Source of the DNA: Candidatus Latescibacterota bacterium
GTDB taxonomy: Bacteria > Latescibacterota > UBA2968 > GCA-2709665
Direction: 5' to 3'
NCBI GenBank assembly: GCA_965237675.1
Contig: OZ250150.1
Location: 2,976,001-3,040,000 of the forward strand
DNA: 64,000 nucleotides
In this document: piece after piece, positions 51,391 through 61,485 of the stretch
Position numbering within the stretch: position 1 is the first letter of the stretch
Layout: each line of letters begins with the position of its first letter
Program-made: the position numbers and the translations under genes
Notes under the pieces: generated by a model
Seen by the model: only the letters and a program-made list of their open reading frames with translations
What the model was told of the DNA's origin: nothing
The model's database searches: none

Positions 51391-52080
51391 TCAGAACAGT
51401 TCCGCCTCTTTCATACTCAGAAACCGCTCCGCGCCCAGAATGATGTGGTCCAGCACCTCGATGCCCATAATTTCACCGGCCTGTACCATCCGGCGCGTCA
51501 GCTCGATGTCCTCCCGGCTCGGCGTTACGTCACCGGACGGGTGGTTGTGCGCCAGGATGACGCTCGCCGCGCACGAGCCCACGGCAGGGAAGAATACCTC
51601 GCGAGGATGAACCAAGGACGCGTTCAGCGATCCCACCGAGACCTCCTCCCTGCAGATGACCTGATTTCGGGCATTCAGAAAGACCGCCACAAAATGCTCT
51701 CTTCTTCGATCCTTGAATTCAGCGAGCAGCCCCACCGCGTCGGCCGGTTTCGTAATGGAAGGCTCGATGCCCATCCCCTGGTTCAACGCCCGTCTTGACA
51801 GTTCGAACCCGGCGACCAGGCCCGCGGCCTTCGCCCGGCCAATGCCTTTGATCGCCGTCAGTTCCGTCAGCCCCATTGCCATCAGCGCCTGGGGTGAATA
51901 CTGCTTCAGAATCCCCCCGGCAACCTCCAGCACATTTTTGCCTTCATACCCCGTCCGCAGAAGGACCGCCAGCAATTCCTCGTTCCTCAGCGCTTCGGCG
52001 CCAAGCCGTTCCAGTTTTTCCCGCGGCAGATCCACGTCGGCGACACCGTCGATTCCCCTGCGCCGGGCCAGCGCTTCCAT
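51391..52080 (-). CDS. radC: RadC family JAB-domain protein
   Basis: PREKL, KGIGRAKA HhH, VHPREVF, HNHPSGD..PS.ED, LDHII. Confidence 0.93.
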   Translation of the reverse strand: MEALARRRGIDGVADVDLPREKLERLGAEALRNEELLAVLLRTGYEGKNVLEVAGGILKQYSPQALMAMGLTELTAIKGIGRAKAAGLVAGFELSRRALNQGMGIEPSITKPADAVGLLAEFKDRRREHFVAVFLNARNQVICREEVSVGSLNASLVHPREVFFPAVGSCAASVILAHNHPSGDVTPSREDIELTRRMVQAGEIMGIEVLDHIILGAERFLSMKEAELF

Positions 52081-52492
52081 ATGGTTCTCTCATACTGTCG
52101 AGTGAGCGGCGCCGTGAGCGAGTGCGCCATGCGAAGACCCTCGCCACAAACGGTCCCCGCGTCCGGCGTCGTGTCGGGCGGAGGCCGTTCTGGACGCCCG
52201 GTGGCTTCAATCCGTTTTCCCACAATCTGACCATGCAAATACCGTTCCCAATTGTGAAATCAAGCCCGCGACGTGTAGACATAGGCGCAGCGTTCACTCG
52301 ACGGTCCGATCGGCCGCAGCATGCTGAACACGGTTTTCAAACCTATCGGTCCGTAAGGAAAGATCCTTCCAATCGAAGGGTGAATGCGAGAACCGGGTTT
52401 TCGCGAAACAACTTCGGAAAATATCGATCCTCTTGGTTATATTTCGAACCGTGCATTCTTCGATTGTGATCGAATAACGCGAGAGCAAACCA

Positions 52493-52846
52493 ATGGATAC
52501 GGCACAAGCGGTGGGCTTGTTCGACAAGAACCGGTTCCTGCGCCGTGAAAAAACACTGGATCCCACGGCCGCGGAGGAGGACCGAGCCGGGATCATTTGC
52601 CTGCTTGCGAAGCACGGCGCCGACCTCAATACGCGGGACAGGAAGGGGCCCACCCCGCTCCATCGCGCCATGTATGAAGGCCGGGTCGCCGCCGCCGATG
52701 CGCTGCTCGAAGCCGGCGCAGATCCGCCGGTGCACAACAAGAGGGGCAAGACCGCCATCGAGATCGCCAGGAAGGATGCGAAGGAGTTCGAGAATCGGGC
52801 TGAGACGGGTTGGCCGGTATCGGAGCAACGCGCGGCCTTTGCGGCG
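52493..52846 (+). pseudogene. Ankyrin-repeat gene fragment
   Basis: LLAKHGADLNTRD..G.TPLHRA...LLEAGAD....NKRGKTAIEIA; no stop before it overlaps the convergent gene. Confidence 0.55.
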
Positions 52847-54085
52847 CTAATCGCTGAAAACCTCACTCGCCCCGGAGAGGGGACCATCGACGCGCTCTCC
52901 GGCTTTCATCACGCGTCGGACCTCCCGCAAATACGCCACTTCCTCCAGGGGATTCCCATCCACGGCGATCAGGTCCGCCAGGTAGCCCGGCGCGAGACGC
53001 CCCAGGCGATCGGCCATCCCGAGCATCTCGGCCGTATTCGTCGTCACGGCCTTGATTACGTCGGTGGTTGAAACGCCGAGGTCCGCAAGCGCTCTCGCCT
53101 CCCGCCACAACGTCGCGTGGGTGCTGTCGGTTCCCAGGCAGACCTTCACCCCGGCGCGTACGGCGTCGGGCAGGTAGCGCGCCGTGTGTTCCCGCGCGCG
53201 CTCCACGCGCCGCCGCCACCAATCCAGGTTCCAGGTCCCGAAGGATTCGAATCCGACCTCCCGGTCGAAGAACAGTTGAAGATTGGGATCGCTCAGGTAC
53301 GCGCCGGACTTCAGGAACCGCTCCACGTCTTCTGCCTCGAGCAGATTGGCGTGTTCGATGCTGTCGATCCCCGATTCCAACGCCCATCGCATGGCGGGTC
53401 CGCCGATCGCGTGGGCGGCGACCGGAATGCCCAGGTCGTGCGAGGCGCCGATGGCCGCCTCGATCTCTTTCCTGGAATAGGCCGCCACGTCCGTCAGGTC
53501 ACCCTGGAGATAATCCTCGAACGTATCGCCGTCTCTCACGTTGGTGATAAAGAGCTTCGTCCAATCCGCGCCCTGCGACACGTTCTCCCGGATCCGGGCG
53601 TCCAGTTCCGCCCGGCCGTCGGCCGGAAAAGACAGAAAGGGTGCTGTGCCCCTTGTCGGACGTAGCGCCCGTACACATACCCTCAGCCGGGGGCCCACGG
53701 CCTCTTTTCGTTCGATCGCCTCCTGGAAGGGTTTTTCGACGCCCGGACGGTCTCCAAGCGTCCGCATCGTGGTCACGCCAGTGGCCAGGTCGCTCCTGAG
53801 GTTCATTGCCCCCCGCAGAACCGCGGTTGTCGGATCCAGTTCGAAGTGGGCGTTCAGCGGAACGCGGAAGCGGTTGTTGGCCGTAATGTGGGCATGGGAG
53901 TCGATCAGGGCCGGCATCACCGTCCACGAAGACCAGTCCAGCGTTTCCCACGTCGGATCCACGTTCAGGGCCGCCGGCGCTCCCGCGCCCAGAATACGCT
54001 CACCATCAAGTATCACGATCCCGCCCGGCATGGGTGGCGCGTCCGGGTCGACGATAAGCAGCTTCGATCTGATGAGGGTCGGCAT
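52847..54085 (-). CDS. Amidohydrolase family protein (prolidase-like)
   Basis: PALIDSHAH, GVTTMR, AAHA, SIEH, GTDS, GYLADLIAVDGNPL. Confidence 0.9.
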   Translation of the reverse strand: MPTLIRSKLLIVDPDAPPMPGGIVILDGERILGAGAPAALNVDPTWETLDWSSWTVMPALIDSHAHITANNRFRVPLNAHFELDPTTAVLRGAMNLRSDLATGVTTMRTLGDRPGVEKPFQEAIERKEAVGPRLRVCVRALRPTRGTAPFLSFPADGRAELDARIRENVSQGADWTKLFITNVRDGDTFEDYLQGDLTDVAAYSRKEIEAAIGASHDLGIPVAAHAIGGPAMRWALESGIDSIEHANLLEAEDVERFLKSGAYLSDPNLQLFFDREVGFESFGTWNLDWWRRRVERAREHTARYLPDAVRAGVKVCLGTDSTHATLWREARALADLGVSTTDVIKAVTTNTAEMLGMADRLGRLAPGYLADLIAVDGNPLEEVAYLREVRRVMKAGERVDGPLSGASEVFSD

Positions 54086-54124
54086 GGGCGGGTCGGTGTG
54101 TGTTTCGAATATCGACAGTTGGCG

Positions 54125-55063
54125 TCAAACGCGGACCAGTTTGCGGAAACTGCGCATTTCTCTGGGCGGATCCAACCGCGAACCGAACGCGCTCCAGGAC
54201 ACTTCTCCAACGTAGATATCCCCGCGGGAGTCCACCGCCAACCCGTGGGGGGCCGTGAACTGACCGGGACTCTCGCCGGACATCGTGTCGCCCAGCCTGC
54301 CCAGACGCCTGCCCGACAGATCGTGAATGCTCACGCACGAGCCCACGTTGGGATAGGTTGCGTTGACGTCGAGTTGCGTCGGCAGTTGTCCGACGTAGAC
54401 GAGGTCTCCGTCGATATGCAGGCCGCAGGGTCGGTGAAGGTTGTTCCACTGCGTGACGTAGTTGCCCTCGGCATCGAACACCTGCACCCGATGGTTTTCC
54501 CGGTCGGCGATATAGACCGACCCATGGCTGTCCGTGCAAACGCTGTGCACCAGATTGAACTGCCCCGGATCCGTGCCGAAGTCTCCCCATGAGAACAGGT
54601 GTTCCCCATCGGCGGAGAACTTGTGCACCCTTGCGTTGCCGTAACCATCTGAAATATAGAGATCTCCGGTTGCAGGATCGAAGGCCGCCTTGGTCGGTTG
54701 GTTGAACGGTATCCCGCTCTGAGCCGGCGCGCCCGTCCCGGGAGTGCCGATCACCATCAGCACCTCGCCTTCGAGCGTGCACTTGCGAACGCAATGCCCC
54801 TGGTCGTCCACGCAATAGAGCATCCCGTCGGGACCCAGGGTCAGGCCGTGGGGGCGCGTGAACAACCCTTCACCCCAGGACGCCAGGAATCGCCCGTCGC
54901 GGTCGAATACGATGACCGGATGATCTCCCCGGTTGAACACGTACACCCGGTCGTTGGAATCCACCACTATATCCACCACCTCTTTGAATCGCCAGCCGTC
55001 GGGCAAACCCGCCCAATCGGATAATTCCTCATATTTGTATTCGCCGCTGCCGAGACGAGCCAT
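54125..55063 (-). CDS. NHL-repeat protein (peptidyl-alpha-hydroxyglycine amidating lyase-like)
   Basis: RPHGL, ISDGYGNARVHKF, IADRENHRVQVFD, APHGLAVDSRGDIYVGEV. Confidence 0.88.
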   Translation of the reverse strand: MARLGSGEYKYEELSDWAGLPDGWRFKEVVDIVVDSNDRVYVFNRGDHPVIVFDRDGRFLASWGEGLFTRPHGLTLGPDGMLYCVDDQGHCVRKCTLEGEVLMVIGTPGTGAPAQSGIPFNQPTKAAFDPATGDLYISDGYGNARVHKFSADGEHLFSWGDFGTDPGQFNLVHSVCTDSHGSVYIADRENHRVQVFDAEGNYVTQWNNLHRPCGLHIDGDLVYVGQLPTQLDVNATYPNVGSCVSIHDLSGRRLGRLGDTMSGESPGQFTAPHGLAVDSRGDIYVGEVSWSAFGSRLDPPREMRSFRKLVRV

Positions 55064-55471
55064 AGGGCACCCCTTTTGCCGTGGTTATTGGATGGACAGC
55101 CCGCGCAGGGGCCGCCTGCGGGAACCATGCGGTTCCGCGATGGTCCGTGGATTTCATCTCCGATTCGGTCGGTGTCCAGTATACGCCTCCGCATTCCGGC
55201 CTGTCAACAGGAACGCGCGCCCCCGGTGCCGGGCCCGCGTGCAGCCCGAAAGCGTGTGTCATCCGTTTGCCGTGCACAATTTTCTTGTCTGTGTCCAGTC
55301 ACCGGGCTATCTTTTGTCGCACCACGATCGAACCGTCTCCGCGGTAGGGGAGAACGCCGGAGGACATCCGTCTTCGCGCCCGGCCCCCGTCCCGTCCTGA
55401 TTCGGCCGACCGCGCTTGCGCTCACCAACAACGCATTGAACGGTCTGAGCACGATCGGAGAAAGCGAACCC

Positions 55472-55795
55472 ATGGACATATCTCCCGTACAGGTTGCCTT
55501 CCGCGGTTTTCAGTACGACCTCTCCCGTGTGCGTATCCTGAACTGCATCCAGAAGGCGCTGAATGCCGGGAAATTGAAGCGTCCCGCTTTCACGCGTTGG
55601 CCCGGGGGTGAACCGATCACCGTCCACATCGGCGAAACCCACCTGACGAATTGGAGGCGCCAGTATGAAGAAGGCGCGAAAGTCGACATCCCCACAGGCG
55701 CGGGGGAAACACTGGACGAGATTCTCGGCGTACACCGACCCTGGCCAGATCAGCGGTGTAAATCTCCTCACCGCACAGGAGACAGCAACCGGTAA
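55472..55795 (+). CDS. Hypothetical protein
   Basis: GGAG RBS before ATG 55472; no recognisable motif. Confidence 0.4.
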   Translation: MDISPVQVAFRGFQYDLSRVRILNCIQKALNAGKLKRPAFTRWPGGEPITVHIGETHLTNWRRQYEEGAKVDIPTGAGETLDEILGVHRPWPDQRCKSPHRTGDSNR

Positions 55796-55960
55796 TTCCG
55801 CTCATCCCGACAGGGAGCCGGAAGTCGGCTCCCGTCACTGTTCGGCATCCGGGGATTGCACGCCCGCCAGAACGAAGCCAGCGCGTTTTCTTCGAATATC
55901 GTCGTCAGTTATGGGGGATGGCCGTACCGGAGAACGCTCGACCCGGAAAAGGAGTCTGCA

Positions 55961-56770
55961 ATGGACGACGAAGAGAGATATTTCTTTGATCTCAATGGCT
56001 ATCTCGTCGTTGAGAACGCCCTCTCCTCAGGGGAGGTTGCCGCGTGCAACGAAGCCATAGACCGGAACGCCCACCGGATTCGTGAACGGCCCGAAGAACA
56101 ATCCCTCTCGGGTCAATCCAAAATGCTCAAGGGTCAGCAGGGTCGCGGCGATCTCGGAGGCATGCTCACGTGGCCGAAACCCTGGTGCCAGCCCTTCAGG
56201 GATCTCCTGGTACATCCCGGTATCGTACCGCACCTCACGGAACTGTTGCGCGAGGGTTTCCGCCTGGATCATCTTTACGGCATCATCATGCGCAAGGGTA
56301 CGGAGGGACACGTGCTTCACGGCGGCGGCACCACCGACGACCTGACCCATTTCTACCAGTTCCACAATGGCAACATGCGTTGCGGCCTTACCGTTGTCTC
56401 CTGGATCCTTACCGACTGCGGCCACGGTGACGGTGGATTCGCCTGCATTCCCGGGAGCCACAAATCCAACTACCCGACCCCGCGGGGCGTGACCCTGCTG
56501 GATAGAGACATCGGCGTGGTCCGGCAGGTGGAAGCGAAGGCGGGATCGGCCGTCATTTTCACCGAAGCCCTCACACACGGTACGATGCCCTGGGCGGCCG
56601 CCCATCAGCGGCGTTCCATTCTGTACAAATACGCGCCCGGACCGCTGACCTACGCACGAACCTACCTGCCGCAGGGCGTTGAAGAGGTTCTGGAGGAATT
56701 CACGCCGCAACAGCGCGCCGTGCTGGAACCGCCGTACCGCCCGGCGCGCCCGGTCGTTTCGACCGGCTGA
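55961..56770 (+). CDS. Phytanoyl-CoA dioxygenase (PhyH) family protein
   Basis: YFFDLNGYLV, LHGG, IPGSHKSN, EALTHG...RRS; AAGGAG RBS. Confidence 0.88.
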   Translation: MDDEERYFFDLNGYLVVENALSSGEVAACNEAIDRNAHRIRERPEEQSLSGQSKMLKGQQGRGDLGGMLTWPKPWCQPFRDLLVHPGIVPHLTELLREGFRLDHLYGIIMRKGTEGHVLHGGGTTDDLTHFYQFHNGNMRCGLTVVSWILTDCGHGDGGFACIPGSHKSNYPTPRGVTLLDRDIGVVRQVEAKAGSAVIFTEALTHGTMPWAAAHQRRSILYKYAPGPLTYARTYLPQGVEEVLEEFTPQQRAVLEPPYRPARPVVSTG

Positions 56771-56841
56771 CCCGCGGCATCCCGGCGGTTGCGGTACAGG
56801 GCGTCGTTTCGACATCCCCGCGAATCCGCATTGGCCCCAGG

Positions 56842-56872
56842 AAAAAGACCCCGGTCCTATTCGACCGGGGTC
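56842..56872 (-). terminator. Intrinsic terminator between convergent genes
   Basis: 10-bp stem GACCCCGGTC/GACCGGGGTC with T-run on minus strand. Confidence 0.7.
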
Positions 56873-56918
56873 GGGAATGATCGCGAACTGCGCCAGGGCC
56901 GCGCTGCCGCCGATCTAC

Positions 56919-58070
56919 CTAGAGATAGTTCACGCCGTACCAGAGCGCCGGAATTGGAAACACCTCCGCCAGGATCTCGCCCGCCCGTCCTCCCGACTTC
57001 AGCAGCGCCTCCTCGGCTCCATCCAGCGTACCGAAAATCAGCTGCACCGCCGCCCCCTGGTCCGGCGCCACCAAACGGTCGCCACCATAGCAGAATATCA
57101 TTTCGTCTCCCTGCTCCTGAAAGACGAGGCTGTGCGCCTCGGTCTCTCCCACCACCTCGGCGAAGTAGGGTCGCATCCGTTCCATGAACTGGACGAAATT
57201 GATCAGTGTGACCGTCCCCGACGAATTGGCCGGCGCACCGGTAAGCCCTCTGCCCTGCAGGCAATCCTGGAACCACCGATCGCAGCCCATGACGTGGAGG
57301 TTGAGCGCCTGAAGGTCCAGCGCCCGGATCAGTTTTCCCATGGCGCCGGTCAGACACCGCCGGTCTCCCGCCGCCTCCTGCACCGGTATCCTGGTTTCGC
57401 CGTCGCGGGGCTGCTGTACAATCATATAGCCCCGTATCATCCCGGCTTCACGTACGTTGAACACCCGCGCGGGCCGGTTCATGACAAATCCGTTGAACGC
57501 GTGGGCGTAATCGGAAGGCGGCCGCATCCACCGTACGGGCTCCCCCCGGTACACCGACGCCATCGCGGGCACGTCGTCCGGGGAGGCTTCGACCAGTTCC
57601 ACGCCGGCGTCGTCGAAATCCCCGGCCTGTTCCGCCTTCAGAGAGAAGCTCCAGTCGCGCCCGACGTACCGGCACCCGAACCGGTGGTACATCTTGCGAT
57701 AACCGGATACCAGCATGAAGTCCACGCCGTCCTCCCTGCAGACCCGCATGGTGTCCTCAAACAGGGCGGTCGCGTACCCCTTGCCGCGGTGTTCTTCGTA
57801 CGTGGCCACACCGCCGAGCGATGACGCGCGCACTGTACAACCGAATATGGACGCGTTCCGCCGGAGCGCGCCGATGTGCGAGACGACGTGCCCGTCCGCC
57901 ACCACCACACGCATTTCACCGGCATGGGCCGGCGTGTAAAAGTGCGGGTACTCCTCCGCCAGGCCCGGCCGGAACACGGTTCCGACCAGTTCGCAAAGAC
58001 TCTCGAATTCATCCGGATGCAGGCTCCGCATCCCATCGCGCCACGAGGGTTGGGGGTCGTTGGGCATCAT
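56919..58070 (-). CDS. GNAT N-acetyltransferase (Eis-like, multi-domain)
   Basis: GGVATYEEHRGKGYA acetyl-CoA motif, MYHRFG. Confidence 0.8.
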   Translation of the reverse strand: MMPNDPQPSWRDGMRSLHPDEFESLCELVGTVFRPGLAEEYPHFYTPAHAGEMRVVVADGHVVSHIGALRRNASIFGCTVRASSLGGVATYEEHRGKGYATALFEDTMRVCREDGVDFMLVSGYRKMYHRFGCRYVGRDWSFSLKAEQAGDFDDAGVELVEASPDDVPAMASVYRGEPVRWMRPPSDYAHAFNGFVMNRPARVFNVREAGMIRGYMIVQQPRDGETRIPVQEAAGDRRCLTGAMGKLIRALDLQALNLHVMGCDRWFQDCLQGRGLTGAPANSSGTVTLINFVQFMERMRPYFAEVVGETEAHSLVFQEQGDEMIFCYGGDRLVAPDQGAAVQLIFGTLDGAEEALLKSGGRAGEILAEVFPIPALWYGVNYL

Positions 58071-58199
58071 GGCCTCCTTGAATCACGGAACCGGCGCTTT
58101 CTGACGCGTCAGTTCATGAGGTCGATCGAAATCTGAAGGTCGAACGGTTCGGGGAACCTCCAAACACGGGAAATCCGCGTCCGTTCCGGGCCACGGCGG

Positions 58200-59147
58200 T
58201 CAGGTTTCGTCCTGAACCATGAAACCCGGCACGCTGAAGTATCGTTCCGCCGAATCACAGATCACCGTTGCCACGCGTTTTCCTTCGCCTAAAGTTTCCG
58301 CCACCCGGAGCGCGGCCCAGACGTTCGCGCCCGCCGAGATACCGCTCAGGATTCCCTCCTCGGCCGCCAGCCGGCGCGCGGTCTCAAACGCGTCTTCGTC
58401 TGTTGCACAGATAACGCGGTCGTACACCTCACGGTTCAACACCTCCGGCACGAATCCTGCGCCGATGCCCTGAATGTTGTGAAGTCCCGGCTCTCCGCCC
58501 GACAGCACGCTGGACCGTTGCGGTTCCACGGCCACGATCAGCACATCGGGGAACTCCGCCTTGAGTACTTCGCCCACGCCCGTGATCGTACCGCCGGTAC
58601 CTACGCCTGCCACGAACGCGTCCAGCCGCCCATCCACCGCTTCCAGGATCTCACGCGCGGTGGTGCGGCGGTGGACCTCCGGATTCGCCGGATTGGCGAA
58701 CTGCTGCGGCATGAACGTCCCGGTAGGGGACTCCCGCGCGATGCGGACCGCTTCGTCCACCGCGCCCTGCATATCCTTCTCGCCCGGGGTCAGCACCACC
58801 TCGACGCCGAAACTCTGCAGCAGATCCCGCCGTTCCCGGCTCATGGAATCGGGCATCGTCAACAACAGCCGGTACCCTTTCGCCGCGGCCACCAGCGCCA
58901 GGCCGATGCCGGTATTCCCGCTGGTCGGCTCCACGATTGTCATGCCCGGCTTCAGGCTGCCGTCCCGTTCCGCCGCCTCGACCATCGCGTCCGCAATCCG
59001 GTCTTTCACCGAAGCCACGGGGTTGGAGGCCTCGATTTTAACGGCCACCTCGGCCATGCCCGGTTCCACGAGCCGGTTCAGCCGCACCATCGGCGTCTCG
59101 CCGATCAGTTCCAGAATGTCGTCCACCACCGCGTTGGCCGATGGCAT
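58200..59147 (-). CDS. cysK: Cysteine synthase A
   Basis: SVKDR (PLP Lys), EPTSGNTG, QQFANPAN, GVGTGGT, IQGIG. Confidence 0.95.
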   Translation of the reverse strand: MPSANAVVDDILELIGETPMVRLNRLVEPGMAEVAVKIEASNPVASVKDRIADAMVEAAERDGSLKPGMTIVEPTSGNTGIGLALVAAAKGYRLLLTMPDSMSRERRDLLQSFGVEVVLTPGEKDMQGAVDEAVRIARESPTGTFMPQQFANPANPEVHRRTTAREILEAVDGRLDAFVAGVGTGGTITGVGEVLKAEFPDVLIVAVEPQRSSVLSGGEPGLHNIQGIGAGFVPEVLNREVYDRVICATDEDAFETARRLAAEEGILSGISAGANVWAALRVAETLGEGKRVATVICDSAERYFSVPGFMVQDET

Positions 59148-59222
59148 ATCGTTCCTTTCGAACGCGTCAACCAGGTCCCATCAACGCCCGTGATCGGGCA
59201 ATCTCAAGCACACCATATCCAT

Positions 59223-59684
59223 CTATCCCACGTCGCCGGCACACTCCCCGCGGGTTTCCACGGCCTCGATCGCCATGTTCCCGAGCCGCCGGATGTCCTC
59301 AGCGATCGTTTCGTCCTCCAGGTCCGCCGGACCGCACCACCGGTAGCCCTCCGCCTCGGAGGCGGCCACCTTCAGACTGCCGCCGGTCACCCGCGCGAAA
59401 TAGATCAGGTCGATGTGCTGGTGATCGGGCGAGATCTGTTCCAGGAGAATACATTCGGGCCGGCTCAGCACCTCCACGGTCCCCATCGGGTACCTCGGCG
59501 AAAGGAGGGCCACCTCCAGGCCGCACTCCTCCCGCACCTCGCGGACCGCCGCATCGCACGGCAGTTCGTCCTCATCGATGTGCCCGCCCGGCGGAAGCCA
59601 CAGCCGGAGCCGCTTATGGAATAGCAACAACGTCCTGCCGTCCTGAACGACGAACGTGGTTGCCGTAAAGTCTCGTGTGGTCAT
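59223..59684 (-). CDS. NUDIX hydrolase
   Basis: WLPPGGHIDEDELPCDAAVREVREECG Nudix box; HQHIDL. Confidence 0.9.
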   Translation of the reverse strand: MTTRDFTATTFVVQDGRTLLLFHKRLRLWLPPGGHIDEDELPCDAAVREVREECGLEVALLSPRYPMGTVEVLSRPECILLEQISPDHQHIDLIYFARVTGGSLKVAASEAEGYRWCGPADLEDETIAEDIRRLGNMAIEAVETRGECAGDVG

Positions 59685-59730
59685 CCTTTTGAATATACCG
59701 CGCGCTACGGCGGGGGACAAACCCTAAAAT

Positions 59731-60170
59731 GACTGTGATTAACATGATTAAGCCAGGATTAACTGTGATTAAGGCAGATGCGGGGACAGGAGAAACGAGC
59801 GAAATCCGATTTTCCATGTGAGTCAATTAAACAAAGCCCGACAGGTCTGCGACTAATTCACGATTGACTTACATGGATGGACAGGATGAACAGGATGGAA
59901 ACCATGAACTGCAAGACCGGTGTCCGCTGATTAACTCTGCTGAAAAGAAGACTTCCCGGAGCCGTTGGGGACTCACGGGAAATTCTCAAACCAACACCGA
60001 CAAACGTGGATCTACAGGGTATACTGTCAATTAGCCATAGGTCACGCGACTAATGTATTTTGTGTGATTAGGTAAACCGGTTGGACACGGTGGACAGGGT
60101 GTAATCGCGATCTGCGCGACGTTTCGCTTCTTGGTCTTTATCCTGTCTATCGTGGGCATCCATGTAAAGT
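59731..60170. repeat. Block of 9-bp-periodic intergenic repeats
   Basis: ACTGTGATT/AACATGATT units and ACATGGATG-GACAGGATG-AACAGGATG; inverted copy at about 60140-60165. Confidence 0.75.
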
Positions 60171-60209
60171 TGGGTTTTGCTCTCGATGGTGGGCGTCGTC
60201 AATCCAGGT

Positions 60210-60593
60210 TTACCAGATGGTCTGTGAATAGAACGCCTGGATTATTGAATCGGAGGTGACGATGGGGCAGGCGTTCAGGCTGGCGGTCGCGACAATGATC
60301 CGATCGGCAGGGTCGCGATGGTCCCAGTCGAGTTCGAGGCTTTTGATCCAGGTCCGCGTGCATACGGGCAGGATATCGATACGGTCGACTTGCTCCAGTT
60401 TATCCGTGAATTCCTGAATCGAAACCGGAATTAGTAGCTGTTCCTTCTTAACTTTAATACCGATTTCCCATATCGATATGGCGCTCAGGGCGATCCTGTC
60501 GGCGTCCGAGATCGCCTGTTCGGCAGCCTGAGACAGCCGATCCGGATCCAGTGTCCAGAACACAAGGGCCGAAGTGTCCAAAAGGACCATCAC
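60210..60593 (-). CDS. VapC-type PIN-domain toxin
   Basis: LLDTS, SAISIWEI..K, HRDPADRIIVATA, IVTSD. Confidence 0.92.
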   Translation of the reverse strand: MMVLLDTSALVFWTLDPDRLSQAAEQAISDADRIALSAISIWEIGIKVKKEQLLIPVSIQEFTDKLEQVDRIDILPVCTRTWIKSLELDWDHRDPADRIIVATASLNACPIVTSDSIIQAFYSQTIW

Positions 60594-60820
60594 AGGTCAG
60601 TCCATTCATCGGTGGTTGGCAAATTGATGTCTTCGCGATAGATCGCGCCCCCTTGAATGGCGCCGAACACGTCTTCCACGGTCTTTTTTCGTTCAATAGG
60701 CTGAATGCGCAAAACCGGCCGCCTTCGATCCGTGACAATCAGTTCTTCGCCGGTTTTCTCAAGCTCGCGAAAGATGCGGAGCATATTGGCTTTCAACTTG
60801 CTCTTCGAAATGGATTGCAC
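60590..60820 (-). CDS. Phd/YefM-type antitoxin
   Basis: ISKSKLKA....FRELEKTGEELIVTDR..PV; GTGA overlap with toxin; AGGAG RBS. Confidence 0.9.
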   Translation of the reverse strand: MQSISKSKLKANMLRIFRELEKTGEELIVTDRRRPVLRIQPIERKKTVEDVFGAIQGGAIYREDINLPTTDEWTDL

Positions 60821-60842
60821 GTGTTCTCCTCGACTGAATTAA

Positions 60843-60895
60843 ATGACTGTGGTTATAACTATAGTCATTATACTCAAAAACAAATATCCTGTCAA
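60843..60895 (-). promoter_or_regulatory. Consensus sigma70 promoter plus palindromic TA operator
   Basis: TTGACA-17 bp-TATAAT on minus strand; ATGACT-GTG-GTTATAAC-TAT-AGTCAT palindrome (60843-60868). Confidence 0.85.
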
Positions 60896-60897
60896 TA

Positions 60898-60992
60898 GAA
60901 CCGACAGGACGTGACTGTAATTACCGTGATAATTTCACATGGATATACAGGATGAACAGGATCTTCTTTGATTTAGGCATGGGTCACGCGAC
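60898..60992. repeat. Repeat block between antitoxin and hicB
   Basis: ACATGGATATACAGGATGAACAGGAT and TTAGGCATGGGTCACGCGAC (18/20 identical to 60031-60050). Confidence 0.7.
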
Positions 60993-61011
60993 CACCGTGA
61001 GTCGTGTACAC

Positions 61012-61197
61012 TCACTCGCGTAGCCGGAACTTGATCTCGGAGATTGAAGCCGTCTCGAGGAACGACTCCAATTCCTTCTTCAAGTTTTCCTTGGACTCGG
61101 CAATGGTTTTTCCCTGGCTCGCGATGTCCAACTCGGGGCAGAGAGCAACGTACCCATTGCCGACGCGCTCGATAATTGCCGTCAACTGCCTGCTCAT
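61012..61197 (-). CDS. Short HicB-family antitoxin (orphan, possibly truncated)
   Basis: LTAIIER.G.GYVALCPELDIASQGKTI.E...NL. Confidence 0.8.
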   Translation of the reverse strand: MSRQLTAIIERVGNGYVALCPELDIASQGKTIAESKENLKKELESFLETASISEIKFRLRE

Positions 61198-61232
61198 CAC
61201 CGACTCCCGCATTTCCGATTCAAAGAATCAAC

Positions 61233-61474
61233 TATGGATATACAGGATGCACGGGATAATACTGTGATTACCGTGATTAAACTATGATTGCGCTGATTAA
61301 GGCAACTGCGGGGACAGAGAACACGAGCGAAATCCGACTTGGCATCTGAAACACGGAAAAAAGCCTGTCAGTACTTTGATTAAGGTGAAATGTATGATTA
61401 CTGATTACCGTGATTAAGGCGCGTGGTCGGAAAAGGGCAACAGCGGAAATCCTGAGCATCATGTTAATCACAGT
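61233..61474. repeat. Repeat block between hicB and AhpD-like gene
   Basis: 44-bp segment 61294-61337 about 38/44 identical to 59766-59809; ATCATGTTAATCACAGT (61458-61474) is the reverse complement of 59732-59748. Confidence 0.75.
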
Positions 61475-61485
61475 GTCTGTGCTGT

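Noticed and set aside
51391-52080. radC as a marker of a mobile element
   Set aside because: Full-length chromosomal type with an N-terminal HhH region and no mobile genes nearby
61012-61014. hicB TGA as selenocysteine
   Set aside because: Not in a redox motif, no Cys expected at this position and no convincing SECIS
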